NCBI GenBank assembly: GCA_016184315.1
Contig: JACPCU010000010.1
Location: 10,035 to 74,034 of the forward strand
Reading direction: 5' to 3'
DNA length: 64,000 nt
Source: Nitrososphaerota archaeon
GTDB taxonomy: Archaea; Thermoproteota; Nitrososphaeria; Nitrososphaerales; JACQRY01
Position numbers and translations under genes: made by a program. Every line of letters starts with the position of its first letter. The stretch's first letter is position 1. The notes below the pieces were generated by a model. It did not search any database and was not told the DNA's origin. It saw only the letters and a program-made list of their open reading frames with translations. This document shows positions 29,664 through 39,375 of the stretch, piece after piece.

Positions 29664-29801
29664 CTGACTCCTCTCCCTCGCGAGATAATGGGGTTCGGGG
29701 TATATGCGCCTTACGGTAAAACGGTTATGTTGAGGCTCAGGTCTGGGTCTTATGAGCGTGCTTACGTAAGTGATGCGTAGGGAGATGCAATATAAAGACG
29801 G

Positions 29802-30719
29802 GTGAGGATGGAGTGCTGGTTTAGGTTGGTTCGTTACCCAAACAAGATGGTTTTACCTACGCCTGAAGGAGTTGATCTAAGGGCTATCAACTACCGTGCG
29901 TCCGACGGGTTGCTACTGGATGGTTTTCTTGCCTATCCTTCGGGTAAGAGACCTACGTCTGAAACTGGTGTAGTGTTTGTTCATGGGACTAGGGGTAACG
30001 CCTTGGTGGGTGCAGGTTTTCTGGGTCAGAACCTCGCGCGCTATGGCTACACCACTCTTTCTATCAATATGCGTAGCAGCGGGATCAGCTATGAGGTCTC
30101 CGTCTTCGAGGACGTGTCCAAGGATTTGGCTGGCGTAGTGAAATACTTAAGCAGTCTCGGTGTTAGAAAGATTGTTCTATTGGGCCACAGCCTTGGATCC
30201 ACGGATGTAGTCTATTATGCGACTACGGAGAATGATCCATTAGTCAAGGCTCTTATCTTATCAGGAGCGCCTGCTGACATTAAGGGAAGAGCTGTAGACG
30301 ACTTCAAAACTGTTGACCCCAAGGCTCCACGGAAAGAATACAATAGTTTCGTAGCTAAGGCTAAGCTGCTGGTTAAGCAGGGAAAAGGAGAGACGCTCCT
30401 CATAGCACCTACTAGTGGCGGCCACGGCCAGATGCCTATTTCAGCTGAGTCCTTCCTAAGCTACCGTGGTCCAGATAGCAAGTGCAGCGGATTAGCTTGG
30501 ATAGCCACTGTCAAGGTGCCACTCTTCTTCCTGATTCACGGACGTCCAGATAGAGGTGTAACACCTCAGGATAGTGAAGCATTGATCAGGGAGGCTAAGG
30601 CTGCGTCTAGAGTAGACAAGCATGTAATCAAGGACGCTGATCACTTCTATACGGGCCATGAGGAAGAAGCTTCGAAGGCTGTTGCAGACTGGTTGAGCCG
30701 TGTCGGGTTGAATCCCTAA
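29802..30719 (+). CDS. Alpha/beta-fold hydrolase
   Basis: FVHG, GHSLG, ADHFY. Confidence 0.85.
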   Translation: MRMECWFRLVRYPNKMVLPTPEGVDLRAINYRASDGLLLDGFLAYPSGKRPTSETGVVFVHGTRGNALVGAGFLGQNLARYGYTTLSINMRSSGISYEVSVFEDVSKDLAGVVKYLSSLGVRKIVLLGHSLGSTDVVYYATTENDPLVKALILSGAPADIKGRAVDDFKTVDPKAPRKEYNSFVAKAKLLVKQGKGETLLIAPTSGGHGQMPISAESFLSYRGPDSKCSGLAWIATVKVPLFFLIHGRPDRGVTPQDSEALIREAKAASRVDKHVIKDADHFYTGHEEEASKAVADWLSRVGLNP

Positions 30720-30734
30720 AGGTTTACCTTGTTT

Positions 30735-31232
30735 CTATGGGGATGGGCGGAAAAGAGCTTTGATTTTCGGCCGTGTCAGATAGAATAGGGTTACCGCGTT
30801 GATGATGAGGCCTATTAGGCCTGACGGAAGCAGAAGGATGTTGTGGATCAAGCCGAGTACGCTGAAGATCATAGTTGTGCTCCAAGCCCAGTTCCTGCGC
30901 TTCCATAGTCCATAGGCTAAGATGAATGAGATGATTCCTATTCCAATTATGAGCATGCCTGCTGAGACTAATGCTCCTCCTACAAAGAGTGGAATAGTTG
31001 CTTCTATCAGTCCTCCGATAGCTAAGACATCTATTCCGCCGAATATGAAGAGGATTCCTGAGATAACTTCGAGGATGGATATGACTGTGACTCCCGTTAT
31101 GAACTGAATGAGTTTAGAGGGTCGCGCCTTCTGGGGGGTTAGGGGTATTGACGCTGATATTTTTGTTCCGCAGGTAGGACAAAAAGATACTCCTTCAGCA
31201 ACCTCAGTCCCACAATTCGGGCAAAACGGCAA
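30735..31232 (-). CDS. Zinc-ribbon membrane protein
   Basis: FCPNCG..FCPTCG followed by four TM segments. Confidence 0.8.
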   Translation of the reverse strand: MPFCPNCGTEVAEGVSFCPTCGTKISASIPLTPQKARPSKLIQFITGVTVISILEVISGILFIFGGIDVLAIGGLIEATIPLFVGGALVSAGMLIIGIGIISFILAYGLWKRRNWAWSTTMIFSVLGLIHNILLLPSGLIGLIINAVTLFYLTRPKIKALFRPSP

Positions 31233-31297
31233 CTCTTCATAGTATACTGTGGTTTCTAAATATAAGCGTTAAAGCAACAGGATAGGAGTGAGGAGAG

Positions 31298-32707
31298 ATG
31301 AGCACTAGATACTTTACGTCCCGCCGTCTAGTGGGGCTAATACTCTTACTAATCTTGCCTCCATTAGTCTGGTTCGCCCCCACTCCTGAAGGTCTCTCCA
31401 CCGTAGGGCAGAGGACTATCGCGGTAACACTCGTAGCAGTAATCTTGTGGCTTTCAGAGCTGATCAGACCTGAAATGACGGGTCTACTGGTCATGGTGCT
31501 CTTCCCCACTCTTGGCTTGGCACCACCGGAGAAGAGTTTCGGAGGATTCTTGACCAGCTCCGTTTGGCTAGCGTTCTCAGGGTTCGTCATCGGAGCAGGG
31601 GTTCTAAAATCAGGGTTAGGCGAAAGAATCTCAAAGATGGTCATCAAGCTCTTCGGAGCATCCTACGTGTCGAACGTAGTGGGTCTCTCTGCTATGGGCT
31701 GCCTACTCATCTTTGCGATGCCTACTGGAGTAGCAAGAGTCTCAATCATGATACCCGTCGCTATAACCGTGGGGAGAGCCATGGGGTATCCACCTTACTC
31801 AAGAGGCATGGCAGGTCTAACTCTGTCAGCGATCTTTTCAACCACCTATACGGGTCTGGCCATGTTAACAGGCGGTCTCCCTGCGATAACGCTTCTCGGT
31901 GTCATCGAATCGCTGTTGAAGATACATATCTCTTGGGCAGAGTATCTTTTCTGGATGTTCCCAGCCTTCGGCCTAACCATACTGCTCAGCGTCATCATCT
32001 CTACAATAGTTCTCTTCAAACCTAAGGATCAGTTGGAGCAGAAACGCAGAGAACCAGTGCAGCAACCTTTCAGCTCCATGACGATTGATGAAAAGAAGAT
32101 GCTACTGTATTTAGTTGCGGCTCTTGTTCTCTGGGCCACAGACTTTCTGCACGGAGTCAGAGCGGCGTGGGTAGGCCTCTTGGTGGCAATAATAATGATC
32201 TTTCCAAGAATAGGCGTCCTAAAATTTGAAGAATTGAACTCGAAGGTCAACTTCCTCTCCTTGTTCTACATAGCTGGAGCCATAGGTCTGGGAAGTGTCT
32301 TGGAGTTTGCAGGTTTCTCTTCTTGGGCAGTGAAACTCCTCTTCCAGAACTTTCATCTGGCAGGGTTGGGGCCATTTGAACGTGCCTTTGCGGTGACGGT
32401 TCTGTCATTTGCATCTCTGTTCCTTACTGCCAGTGTTCTTGGAGCAGTTGCCGTGATGAGCCCCATACTTATCGGGGAAGCCTCAGCAGGGGGTTTGAAT
32501 CCGCTGGGTCTTCTGTTACTCCAGATGCCTGTTGCCAACATGTCGTTGTTTCCATATCAAGTCATACCTGTAACCATAGGCTACGGTTACAATGTGTTCA
32601 CCACAGGTCAAGCGATGAAGACAATGCTGATGATAGCAGCCCTGACGCTGATACTAGTGATTCCTGCAACCGTCTTCTACTGGATCATGATAGGCCTATG
32701 GTCTTAA
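31298..32707 (+). CDS. SLC13/DASS family anion permease
   Basis: Multi-TM; KSGLGERI and MP(T)GVAR motifs. Confidence 0.85.
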   Translation: MSTRYFTSRRLVGLILLLILPPLVWFAPTPEGLSTVGQRTIAVTLVAVILWLSELIRPEMTGLLVMVLFPTLGLAPPEKSFGGFLTSSVWLAFSGFVIGAGVLKSGLGERISKMVIKLFGASYVSNVVGLSAMGCLLIFAMPTGVARVSIMIPVAITVGRAMGYPPYSRGMAGLTLSAIFSTTYTGLAMLTGGLPAITLLGVIESLLKIHISWAEYLFWMFPAFGLTILLSVIISTIVLFKPKDQLEQKRREPVQQPFSSMTIDEKKMLLYLVAALVLWATDFLHGVRAAWVGLLVAIIMIFPRIGVLKFEELNSKVNFLSLFYIAGAIGLGSVLEFAGFSSWAVKLLFQNFHLAGLGPFERAFAVTVLSFASLFLTASVLGAVAVMSPILIGEASAGGLNPLGLLLLQMPVANMSLFPYQVIPVTIGYGYNVFTTGQAMKTMLMIAALTLILVIPATVFYWIMIGLWS

Positions 32708-32749
32708 TCTGAATAAGGCCACACTCTGGTCAAAGAGATCAAGTTACTC

Positions 32750-33028
32750 CTACCCGAACACTGGATAGTCGAGGGGACTGATCTTGCCACCCTTGGACTT
32801 AGCCGTCTTAGGCATCTCAGCCTCCACATACCCCTTAGAGCTTGTTATGATCTCCTGTATCTTCTTGCGGAGGGATTCATCTCTAGGGTTACGTATCCTG
32901 ACAATGAGCGTATGGTTCCCCACCACCTTGTAAGCCACATCTTGAAGGCTCTTCAAACTCTCTACCGCTTGCTCTATTGAGTATAAGCTTCCGAATGTTC
33001 CTATGACTACTGATTTCTCTATGCTCAT
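32750..33028 (-). CDS. Hypothetical protein
   Basis: 92-aa ORF filling the intergenic gap. Confidence 0.55.
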   Translation of the reverse strand: MSIEKSVVIGTFGSLYSIEQAVESLKSLQDVAYKVVGNHTLIVRIRNPRDESLRKKIQEIITSSKGYVEAEMPKTAKSKGGKISPLDYPVFG

Positions 33029-33105
33029 TCCAGTGAGATCAGAAGCATCACCATGGGATTAAAGAGCCTTTCCATAAGAGGCCCATAAGTATGAGGGTGT
33101 GACAT

Positions 33106-33132
33106 CTTGAAATTTATATTGCAAGGGGGATC
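33106..33132 (+). repeat. Dispersed intergenic element, copy 2 (core only)
   Basis: CTTGAAATTTATATTGCAAGGGGGATC. Confidence 0.8.
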
Positions 33133-33257
33133 TACAAACATACACTGAAAGAGAGATCAGAAGCTCATAAGAAGCTCTATCCATTAAAAGTGTTCTACAA
33201 ACTAGACACAATGTTCTACACAGCAAGATAATACCAGTCGCAGCTGCCTGTAGAACC

Positions 33258-33815
33258 ATGGTGCAAATGGTCAATGGGAAAATGCTAGGTGTTACCGCAG
33301 CTCTTGCGGCGATCGTCATTATGCTGGCTGCTTCCCCAATTATCGCCCAGTCAATAGTCTCTTCTGGAGCAGGCGCAGTCCAAGGAAGTAAAGTCGCACA
33401 AACAGCTCCAGCAACAGTCTACTACCCCACCTCAAGAACCATCACCATGAGAAGCACGATACCTACCGTGGAGATCACAGGATTCACAATACTCTCAAGC
33501 AAAGAGATCAAAGTTTCGGTCAGACAACTAGGCGCACAAAAGACTCCGCAAGTCACATTGGTAGTGTCAACAGAATGGATACTCATGCCAAGAGCATTAG
33601 CTGAAACAGCGGTTCCAGTACAGCCAGACATGGGTGCAGACACCACGGCTGAATACTATCCGAGACCGTTTCCACAGCAAAACCTAGTCGGAAGCACAGT
33701 CTTAACGGGAGATTGGGGCCCATCAACAGAAGTAAAGCTGAGCTTGATGGGAACAGGGTCAGCCTACGACTCCAACATACAAATCCTTGCTATACCGTAC
33801 ACAGGCAGCTCATAA
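33258..33815 (+). CDS. Secreted hypothetical protein
   Basis: N-terminal hydrophobic signal; beta-rich body. Confidence 0.65.
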   Translation: MVQMVNGKMLGVTAALAAIVIMLAASPIIAQSIVSSGAGAVQGSKVAQTAPATVYYPTSRTITMRSTIPTVEITGFTILSSKEIKVSVRQLGAQKTPQVTLVVSTEWILMPRALAETAVPVQPDMGADTTAEYYPRPFPQQNLVGSTVLTGDWGPSTEVKLSLMGTGSAYDSNIQILAIPYTGSS

Positions 33816-33818
33816 GCT

Positions 33819-34241
33819 CTAGAGGATTTCGCTTATCACTTGGGCAGCCGAGCGGCGCCAAGGAGAAGCGAGCTTAAGCCTGACGCGTACAGGGTCTCTC
33901 TCAGCGAACCCTATTCTCCCATCCAGCAGCTTCTGTTTGTCTATACGGAGATAGACGACTCCATGCTCGTCGATGTGTTCTGGAAGAGTTTTTTTCAGTA
34001 GGATTCGATCTGAAGAGTCAAATGCCTCAAAGAGTCCTTCGGCGAAGCGGCTCGCTACTTCTCCGTGTATAGATGCGACGCATTGGGTTATAGGGTTACC
34101 GAAGTGCCCTGTCATCCTCCTGATTTCGAATGAATCCTTGGAGATGGAGAGTTTCTTAGCCACAATGTCAACTAAGAGTAATTCGTCTTCAGTGGCGTGA
34201 ATAAGGAAGGATACTTCAGCAGAGGAGAGTCTGATGGACAT
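33819..34241 (-). CDS. Archaeal RNA-binding domain protein (DUF54-like)
   Basis: HATED, GHFGNPI and LRIDKQ motifs. Confidence 0.85.
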   Translation of the reverse strand: MSIRLSSAEVSFLIHATEDELLLVDIVAKKLSISKDSFEIRRMTGHFGNPITQCVASIHGEVASRFAEGLFEAFDSSDRILLKKTLPEHIDEHGVVYLRIDKQKLLDGRIGFAERDPVRVRLKLASPWRRSAAQVISEIL

Positions 34242-34363
34242 CTGTTATTTCTGCCTGACATTGAACATAGATAGATATTGCTGTTGAAACAATGGGCAAG
34301 TTTCAATAATATAAACAAACCATTGATAAAGAAGACCCCTTTACCGCAAAGACAGAGAGCACA

Positions 34364-34909
34364 TTGAAAAGTAAGGCCAAAAGTGCCGCCAAACCCAAGG
34401 TAGAAGATGTCCTAGCCGAAGAACTGAAGCGAGAGATGTTCGTAACCTCAGGCCTCAAATTCCGCTACATGGACGACTGGGACACCGTGATGCACTCCAT
34501 CTATGAGCTTCCCATAGAATACGACGGATACGTAAAGAAAGTCGGAGAAATGAAAACGCTCAAAGAAATAGTCGACATTCTCTCAAAAGGCGATTTCGAC
34601 GACGTGAAGCGCTCCGAGAGTAGGCGGAAACAGATGAAGGAATTCGTCAAAACCATGCACATGTACTACAACCTGATCTTCACCAAGGGAAGCGACAAAA
34701 CAGGATACGGTGCCCTCATACACTTCCCCCAGCTCAAAGACAAGGATCCCGACAGAAGCAGCGGAATAGTCCTCATGGCCAAATACGTGTTAAAAGGAGG
34801 GAAGGGATTCCTCACCTTCGAGAAGGCCCGCTTCGATGACTTCCTCCTCGAAGTAAGACCCTTCATCGAGATGCTTGGAAACCTTTATCGCAAAACCAGA
34901 AAACCCTAG
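34364..34909 (+). CDS. Hypothetical protein
   Basis: 181-aa ORF upstream of kae1. Confidence 0.7.
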   Translation: MKSKAKSAAKPKVEDVLAEELKREMFVTSGLKFRYMDDWDTVMHSIYELPIEYDGYVKKVGEMKTLKEIVDILSKGDFDDVKRSESRRKQMKEFVKTMHMYYNLIFTKGSDKTGYGALIHFPQLKDKDPDRSSGIVLMAKYVLKGGKGFLTFEKARFDDFLLEVRPFIEMLGNLYRKTRKP

Positions 34910-34933
34910 CATAATTCACAAACAGAAAAAGCA

Positions 34934-35953
34934 GTGGAGCAATCTGTGAGCACCAACGATTCAAACATCATCGGCATAGGAATAGAGTCTACAGCCCACA
35001 CCCTTGGAGCATCAATAGTAGATTCAACCAAAATCCTCTCAGATGTCAAAGACGTCTACAAAGCCCCCGAGGGCGCAGGCATCCATCCCCGTGAAGCATC
35101 ACGCCACCACACCGAGAAAGCATCTGAAATAGTAAAACAAGCCCTCAACAAGGCCAGGGTCAAACCCAAAGAGCTAAGATTCGTCGCATACTCTATGGGT
35201 CCAGGGTTGGGGCCATGTCTCAGAGTCGGGGCCGTGGTAGCGAGAACACTATCATCATACTTGAAGCTACCATTGATCCCAGTAAACCACGCAGTCGGAC
35301 ACATCGAAATAGGCGCCATGCTCACTGGAGCAACAGACCCTGTAGCGCTCCTAGTTTCCGGGGGACATACAGTGATCTGCGCGTTTGAATCTGGAAGGTG
35401 GAGGATCTTCGGCGAAACACTAGATCTGTCGATTGGTCAGCTTTTAGATCAATTCGGCAGGGAAGTAGGGTTCGCCTCTCCCTGTGGCGCAAGAATAGAG
35501 CAGCACGCCCTGAAGTCTTCTAACCTTCTATCTCTACCCTACTCCGTGAAGGGCCAAGATGTCTCATACTCAGGCATGCTCACAGCGGCGAAAAAGATGA
35601 TTCACTCAGGACAGAGATTCGAAGACATCTGCTACTCGCTGCAGGAAACTGGTTTCGCCATGCTGGTGGAGGTCGCTGAACGGGCAATAGCCTTCACAGA
35701 GAAGAAGCAGCTCCTTGTAGTCGGAGGAGTAGCAGCCAACAAACGGCTGTCAGAGATGCTGAAAGAGGTTTCAACACGACACAGTGCAAGCCTACATGTA
35801 GTTCCATTGCTTTACAGCGGGGACTGCGGCGCTCAGATTGCTTGGACAGGTCTACAAGCCTACAAAGCGGGCGTACAAATACCGGTTGAAAAGAGCATTG
35901 TGCGTCAGTCTTGGAGGCTGGATCAGGTGGATGTGCCTTGGAGAAACTTCTGA
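34934..35953 (+). CDS. kae1: KEOPS t6A synthase Kae1
   Basis: GIESTAHT, GPGLGPCL, VNHAVGHIE, LLVSGGHT, GGVAAN. Confidence 0.97.
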   Translation: MEQSVSTNDSNIIGIGIESTAHTLGASIVDSTKILSDVKDVYKAPEGAGIHPREASRHHTEKASEIVKQALNKARVKPKELRFVAYSMGPGLGPCLRVGAVVARTLSSYLKLPLIPVNHAVGHIEIGAMLTGATDPVALLVSGGHTVICAFESGRWRIFGETLDLSIGQLLDQFGREVGFASPCGARIEQHALKSSNLLSLPYSVKGQDVSYSGMLTAAKKMIHSGQRFEDICYSLQETGFAMLVEVAERAIAFTEKKQLLVVGGVAANKRLSEMLKEVSTRHSASLHVVPLLYSGDCGAQIAWTGLQAYKAGVQIPVEKSIVRQSWRLDQVDVPWRNF

Positions 35954-36573
35954 AGAAAGGCGCGGAAGCAGATATCTATGTCACCGAATGGTTCGGGGAA
36001 GAAGTTGTCACTAAGCTCCGTAAGCCGAAGACCTTCATGCATCCTAAGTTGGACGCTGAGCTGCGCAGGCACAGGACTATTCGGGAGGCATCTTTTCTCT
36101 CTGAGGCGAAGGAAGCTGGAGTGTTAACGCCCTTCATACACTACGTGGACCCTTCTAAGGGGGAGATAGTTATGGAGTATGTGAAAGGGACACGTTTCAA
36201 GGACGCTTTGCTCACAGGACCCTTTGACAGGATTGCTCCGCTCTGTGTAGAGCTGGGAAGATGCATAGCTAAGCTTCACGGCAAGAATATTGTTCACGGC
36301 GATCTATCCACGTCAAACTTCATCATCACCGATCAAACATTGACCTTCATTGACTTCGGTCTCTCCTCAAGCTCCCAGAGGCTTGAAGACAAATCTGTCG
36401 ATCTCCACCTAGTGAAACAGATTTTGAAGAGCGCCCACGGCAAGATATGGGAGAAGGTCTTCCAGCTCCTGCTGCAAGGCTACGGGGAGACAGCCGGCAG
36501 CAAACAGGTCGATGCTTTGCAAGCCAAGATCAAGGAGATTGAGAGAAGAGGACGATATGCAAGAGTCGAGTAG
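35938..36573 (+). CDS. bud32: KEOPS kinase Bud32
   Basis: KGAEA, HGDLSTSN, IDFGL, EDKSVDL, IERRGRY. Confidence 0.95.
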   Translation: MEKLLKKGAEADIYVTEWFGEEVVTKLRKPKTFMHPKLDAELRRHRTIREASFLSEAKEAGVLTPFIHYVDPSKGEIVMEYVKGTRFKDALLTGPFDRIAPLCVELGRCIAKLHGKNIVHGDLSTSNFIITDQTLTFIDFGLSSSSQRLEDKSVDLHLVKQILKSAHGKIWEKVFQLLLQGYGETAGSKQVDALQAKIKEIERRGRYARVE

Positions 36574-37144
36574 GAAGCAGATAATCAGGGTTGCCACCAG
36601 TAACAGAGGCAAGTTCGACGAGATAAGGTCTCTCCTGAAGAGATACGGCCTTGATGCTGATATGGTGGAGGGGAAGACTTTGGAGATCCAGCATGACGAG
36701 CTCAAAGCCATTGCTGAAACAGCACTAAGAGAAGCTTTGAGCATAGGGAAGGGACCACTCTTGCTGGAAGACGCTGGTCTCTTCATAGATGCTTTGAAAG
36801 GCTTTCCGGGGCCCTACTCCGCCTATGTCTACCGCACCATAGGTGTAGAAGGTATCCTCCGCCTGATGAAAGGCGTTGAGAACAGGATTGCGGAATTCAG
36901 ATCGGTAGCAGCCTACGGCGAAACTGTTGATTCAATCAAACTATTCGAGGGCTCTTCTAAGGGAAGAATAGCTGAAGCACCTAAAGGAAGAGGGGGCTTC
37001 GGATTCGACCCCATCTTCACGCCCCTAGGTTACTTGAAGACCTTCGCGGAAATACCTATTGAAAAGAAGAATCAGCTTTCACATCGGGCTGAAGCAGTCA
37101 GAAGATTCGCTGAATGGTATGTTAGGAATCGGATAAAGTCCTAG
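36557..37144 (+). CDS. rdgB: Non-canonical purine NTP pyrophosphatase (RdgB/HAM1)
   Basis: ATSNRGK, EDAGL, GFPGPYS, GFGFDPIF, SHR. Confidence 0.95.
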   Translation: MQESSRKQIIRVATSNRGKFDEIRSLLKRYGLDADMVEGKTLEIQHDELKAIAETALREALSIGKGPLLLEDAGLFIDALKGFPGPYSAYVYRTIGVEGILRLMKGVENRIAEFRSVAAYGETVDSIKLFEGSSKGRIAEAPKGRGGFGFDPIFTPLGYLKTFAEIPIEKKNQLSHRAEAVRRFAEWYVRNRIKS

Positions 37145-37265
37145 TCCATGAGCGTCCAGAAGACCGGTGGTATCAATAGGAATTGTACGCTCCAAATACT
37201 AACTGTGTCATTACACCCGTAAGCTTTATGTTGCCTACTTCTGGGGAAGCAGGCTGGATGGTTAA

Positions 37266-37715
37266 ATGGGGCGTATTCACTCCCACCGCAAAGGAAAGTC
37301 GCACTCACGTAGACCTGCATCTAAGAGGTCACCTTCTTGGACAACCTACAGCCCCGACGAGATCGTAACCATGATCGTCAAGATGGTCAAAGAGGGCTTG
37401 ACGGCAAGCCAGATCGGTGTCAAACTCAGGGATGAGCACGGTATCCCTCTGGTGAAACCCATTTTGGGTAAATCCATATCCGAAATCATGGTTGAAAACA
37501 AGCTTGCTCCTGATACACCTCCGGATGTAAGCAAGCTCCTTCAAAGAGCCAAGAAACTGCAAGAGCACCTCAAAGCTCATCCTGGTGATCGTAAGAATGT
37601 GCGTTCCCTTGAGCTTCTAGAAGCGAAGATTCACAGGCTTTCGAAGTATTACAAGAGCCTTGGCAAGCTCCCAGCTAAATGGAAGTTCGCTACAGTGGTG
37701 GCGCAGCTCGAGTAA
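37266..37715 (+). CDS. rps15: 30S ribosomal protein S15 (uS15)
   Basis: MGRIHSHRKGKSHS..SQIG..LRD..EAKIHRLSKYYK. Confidence 0.97.
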   Translation: MGRIHSHRKGKSHSRRPASKRSPSWTTYSPDEIVTMIVKMVKEGLTASQIGVKLRDEHGIPLVKPILGKSISEIMVENKLAPDTPPDVSKLLQRAKKLQEHLKAHPGDRKNVRSLELLEAKIHRLSKYYKSLGKLPAKWKFATVVAQLE

Positions 37716-39139
37716 GCGGGGATTTGACAGGCGACCTTCAGGGGCTCATCAAGAAAGCCGAGAAGGCTGGGCAAAGCTTAGCTAAGGCTGCTCGAAGTAG
37801 GGCCAATATTCTTCTGGTGGCTCAGTGCACGGCTGATGGCATCTTATGTTCAAGTATAGTGGCTGAAGCGATCCTCAGGAAAGAAGGAAGGTTCGTTGTA
37901 AGGAGCCTCGACGAGTCTAGTTCCGATACTTTTGAATCCTTGAGTAAGGAGAATTTCGACATCTACGTCTTCTGCAGCACTTCATACAACACCAAAGACT
38001 TGGATGAAACTTTCAAAGCCAAATGGCTGTCGTTCCAAGACAATTATGCTTCAGGACCCCTCCATGAACAGGCGTTGAATCCATGGGATTTCAATTTCCA
38101 AGGGGGAGGAGAGACGACTGCCTCAGGAATGGCGTATCTTACTGCAAAGAGCTTAGATGAGTCTTTGATCGGCGCGGCGTGGATGCCTGTGACGGCATGT
38201 TTGTCAGAGGGGCTTGACGGTTCTTCAAGGAGGCTCAGCGGCTTGGGGAAAATGTTTGTCAACGATGCTATTGAATCCCATTGCCTGTCTCTTAGTGAGG
38301 GGCTTATTCTCTACGGGGCTGAGTCTAAACCTCTGCACTTAGCTCTTGCTTCTACCACTAGGCCCTTCATACCTATCTTGGTGGGGAGCAGGGATGGATG
38401 CCTAGCTACTCTTAACTCGACTGGCGTCAGACTGAAAGATGATTCTATTTGGAGAGCATTGAAAGATTTCTCTAAAGAAGAAGTTGAAGCTATGACTAAT
38501 GTGTTGCAGCCTCTTCTCGTAACGGAGTCTTCTTCGCTCGCGGTAAGCAGTTTCTTTGCAGGTGAGATCTATGTTTTGCCCAGCGAGGAGAAGGGTTCAA
38601 GTCTCAGAGATGCTCGTGAATACGCGGATCTTCTTCAAGCCTGTTGTTGCACCCGGAGGCTGGCTGAAGCTGTCTCCATCTGTTTAGGGGAGAGGGGCGG
38701 TATGTTGGCTGACGCTGAACGCGTCCTAGTTAAGCATAGAGAGCGGCTGAAGACCATTGCCCAGAGGATATTGAAGGCTGAGCCCGAAGCGGTTGAAGGC
38801 GCAGTGTTCGTGGGGGACTTGGACGTGGATGCGCGCTTCCTGAGGGCTCTGGTCGGAGCTATGGCTGCTGTCCCCAAATTATATGGTAAAGTAGTTCTCT
38901 TAGGCTCTGTGCCTAGAGATGGAAAAGTAGCGATCCATGTGAAAGCCTCTTTGGACGCAGATCTATTGAGTATTCGAATCGGAGAAGCTATGCGTGAAGC
39001 TGTTAACCAAGTTGAGGCTCAGGGAAGTGGGAATGTGAGTGGCGGCTGGGCTGTTGTAGAAGAGTCTAAGGTTCAAGGCTTCGTCAAGGCTTTCAGAAAG
39101 GGGTTGAGGGGTCAAGATGAAGGTAGGAGTGCAGGTTAG
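37679..39139 (+). CDS. Degenerate RecJ/DHH-family protein (true start probably ~37724)
   Basis: Conserved position between rps15 and pcc1; ADG, LNP....G...ASG.AY and DAREYADLL.AC remain, but the DHH motif is absent. Confidence 0.7.
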   Translation: MEVRYSGGAARVSGDLTGDLQGLIKKAEKAGQSLAKAARSRANILLVAQCTADGILCSSIVAEAILRKEGRFVVRSLDESSSDTFESLSKENFDIYVFCSTSYNTKDLDETFKAKWLSFQDNYASGPLHEQALNPWDFNFQGGGETTASGMAYLTAKSLDESLIGAAWMPVTACLSEGLDGSSRRLSGLGKMFVNDAIESHCLSLSEGLILYGAESKPLHLALASTTRPFIPILVGSRDGCLATLNSTGVRLKDDSIWRALKDFSKEEVEAMTNVLQPLLVTESSSLAVSSFFAGEIYVLPSEEKGSSLRDAREYADLLQACCCTRRLAEAVSICLGERGGMLADAERVLVKHRERLKTIAQRILKAEPEAVEGAVFVGDLDVDARFLRALVGAMAAVPKLYGKVVLLGSVPRDGKVAIHVKASLDADLLSIRIGEAMREAVNQVEAQGSGNVSGGWAVVEESKVQGFVKAFRKGLRGQDEGRSAG

Positions 39140-39365
39140 AGTCGTTTTTGAGTCAGCTGCAGCTGCCAAGGCAGCGTATTTGGCGCTTGAGCCTGACAAC
39201 GAGGGGATACCACAAGACTTGCAGATAGGTATGGCGAGTCGCGGTAAAGTTTTGGATGTAAGGGTTGACTCTGAAGACGGGATGAAGACTCTTATTTCTA
39301 CTGTTGACGAGATCCTTGAGAAGCTCCAAGTGTCCCAGGAAGTCGTGGGTGAAGTGAAGGAGTAG
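39117..39365 (+). CDS. pcc1: KEOPS subunit Pcc1
   Basis: 82 aa; AY.ALEPDN; synteny. Confidence 0.8.
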   Translation: MKVGVQVRVVFESAAAAKAAYLALEPDNEGIPQDLQIGMASRGKVLDVRVDSEDGMKTLISTVDEILEKLQVSQEVVGEVKE

Positions 39366-39375
39366 CGCGAAAAGG

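Noticed and set aside
33150-33225. Short direct repeats (AGAAGCTC x2, TGTTCTACA x2) as a CRISPR or iteron array
   Set aside because: Only two short copies each, with no regular repeat-spacer period; no CRISPR array or cas gene was seen in the window.
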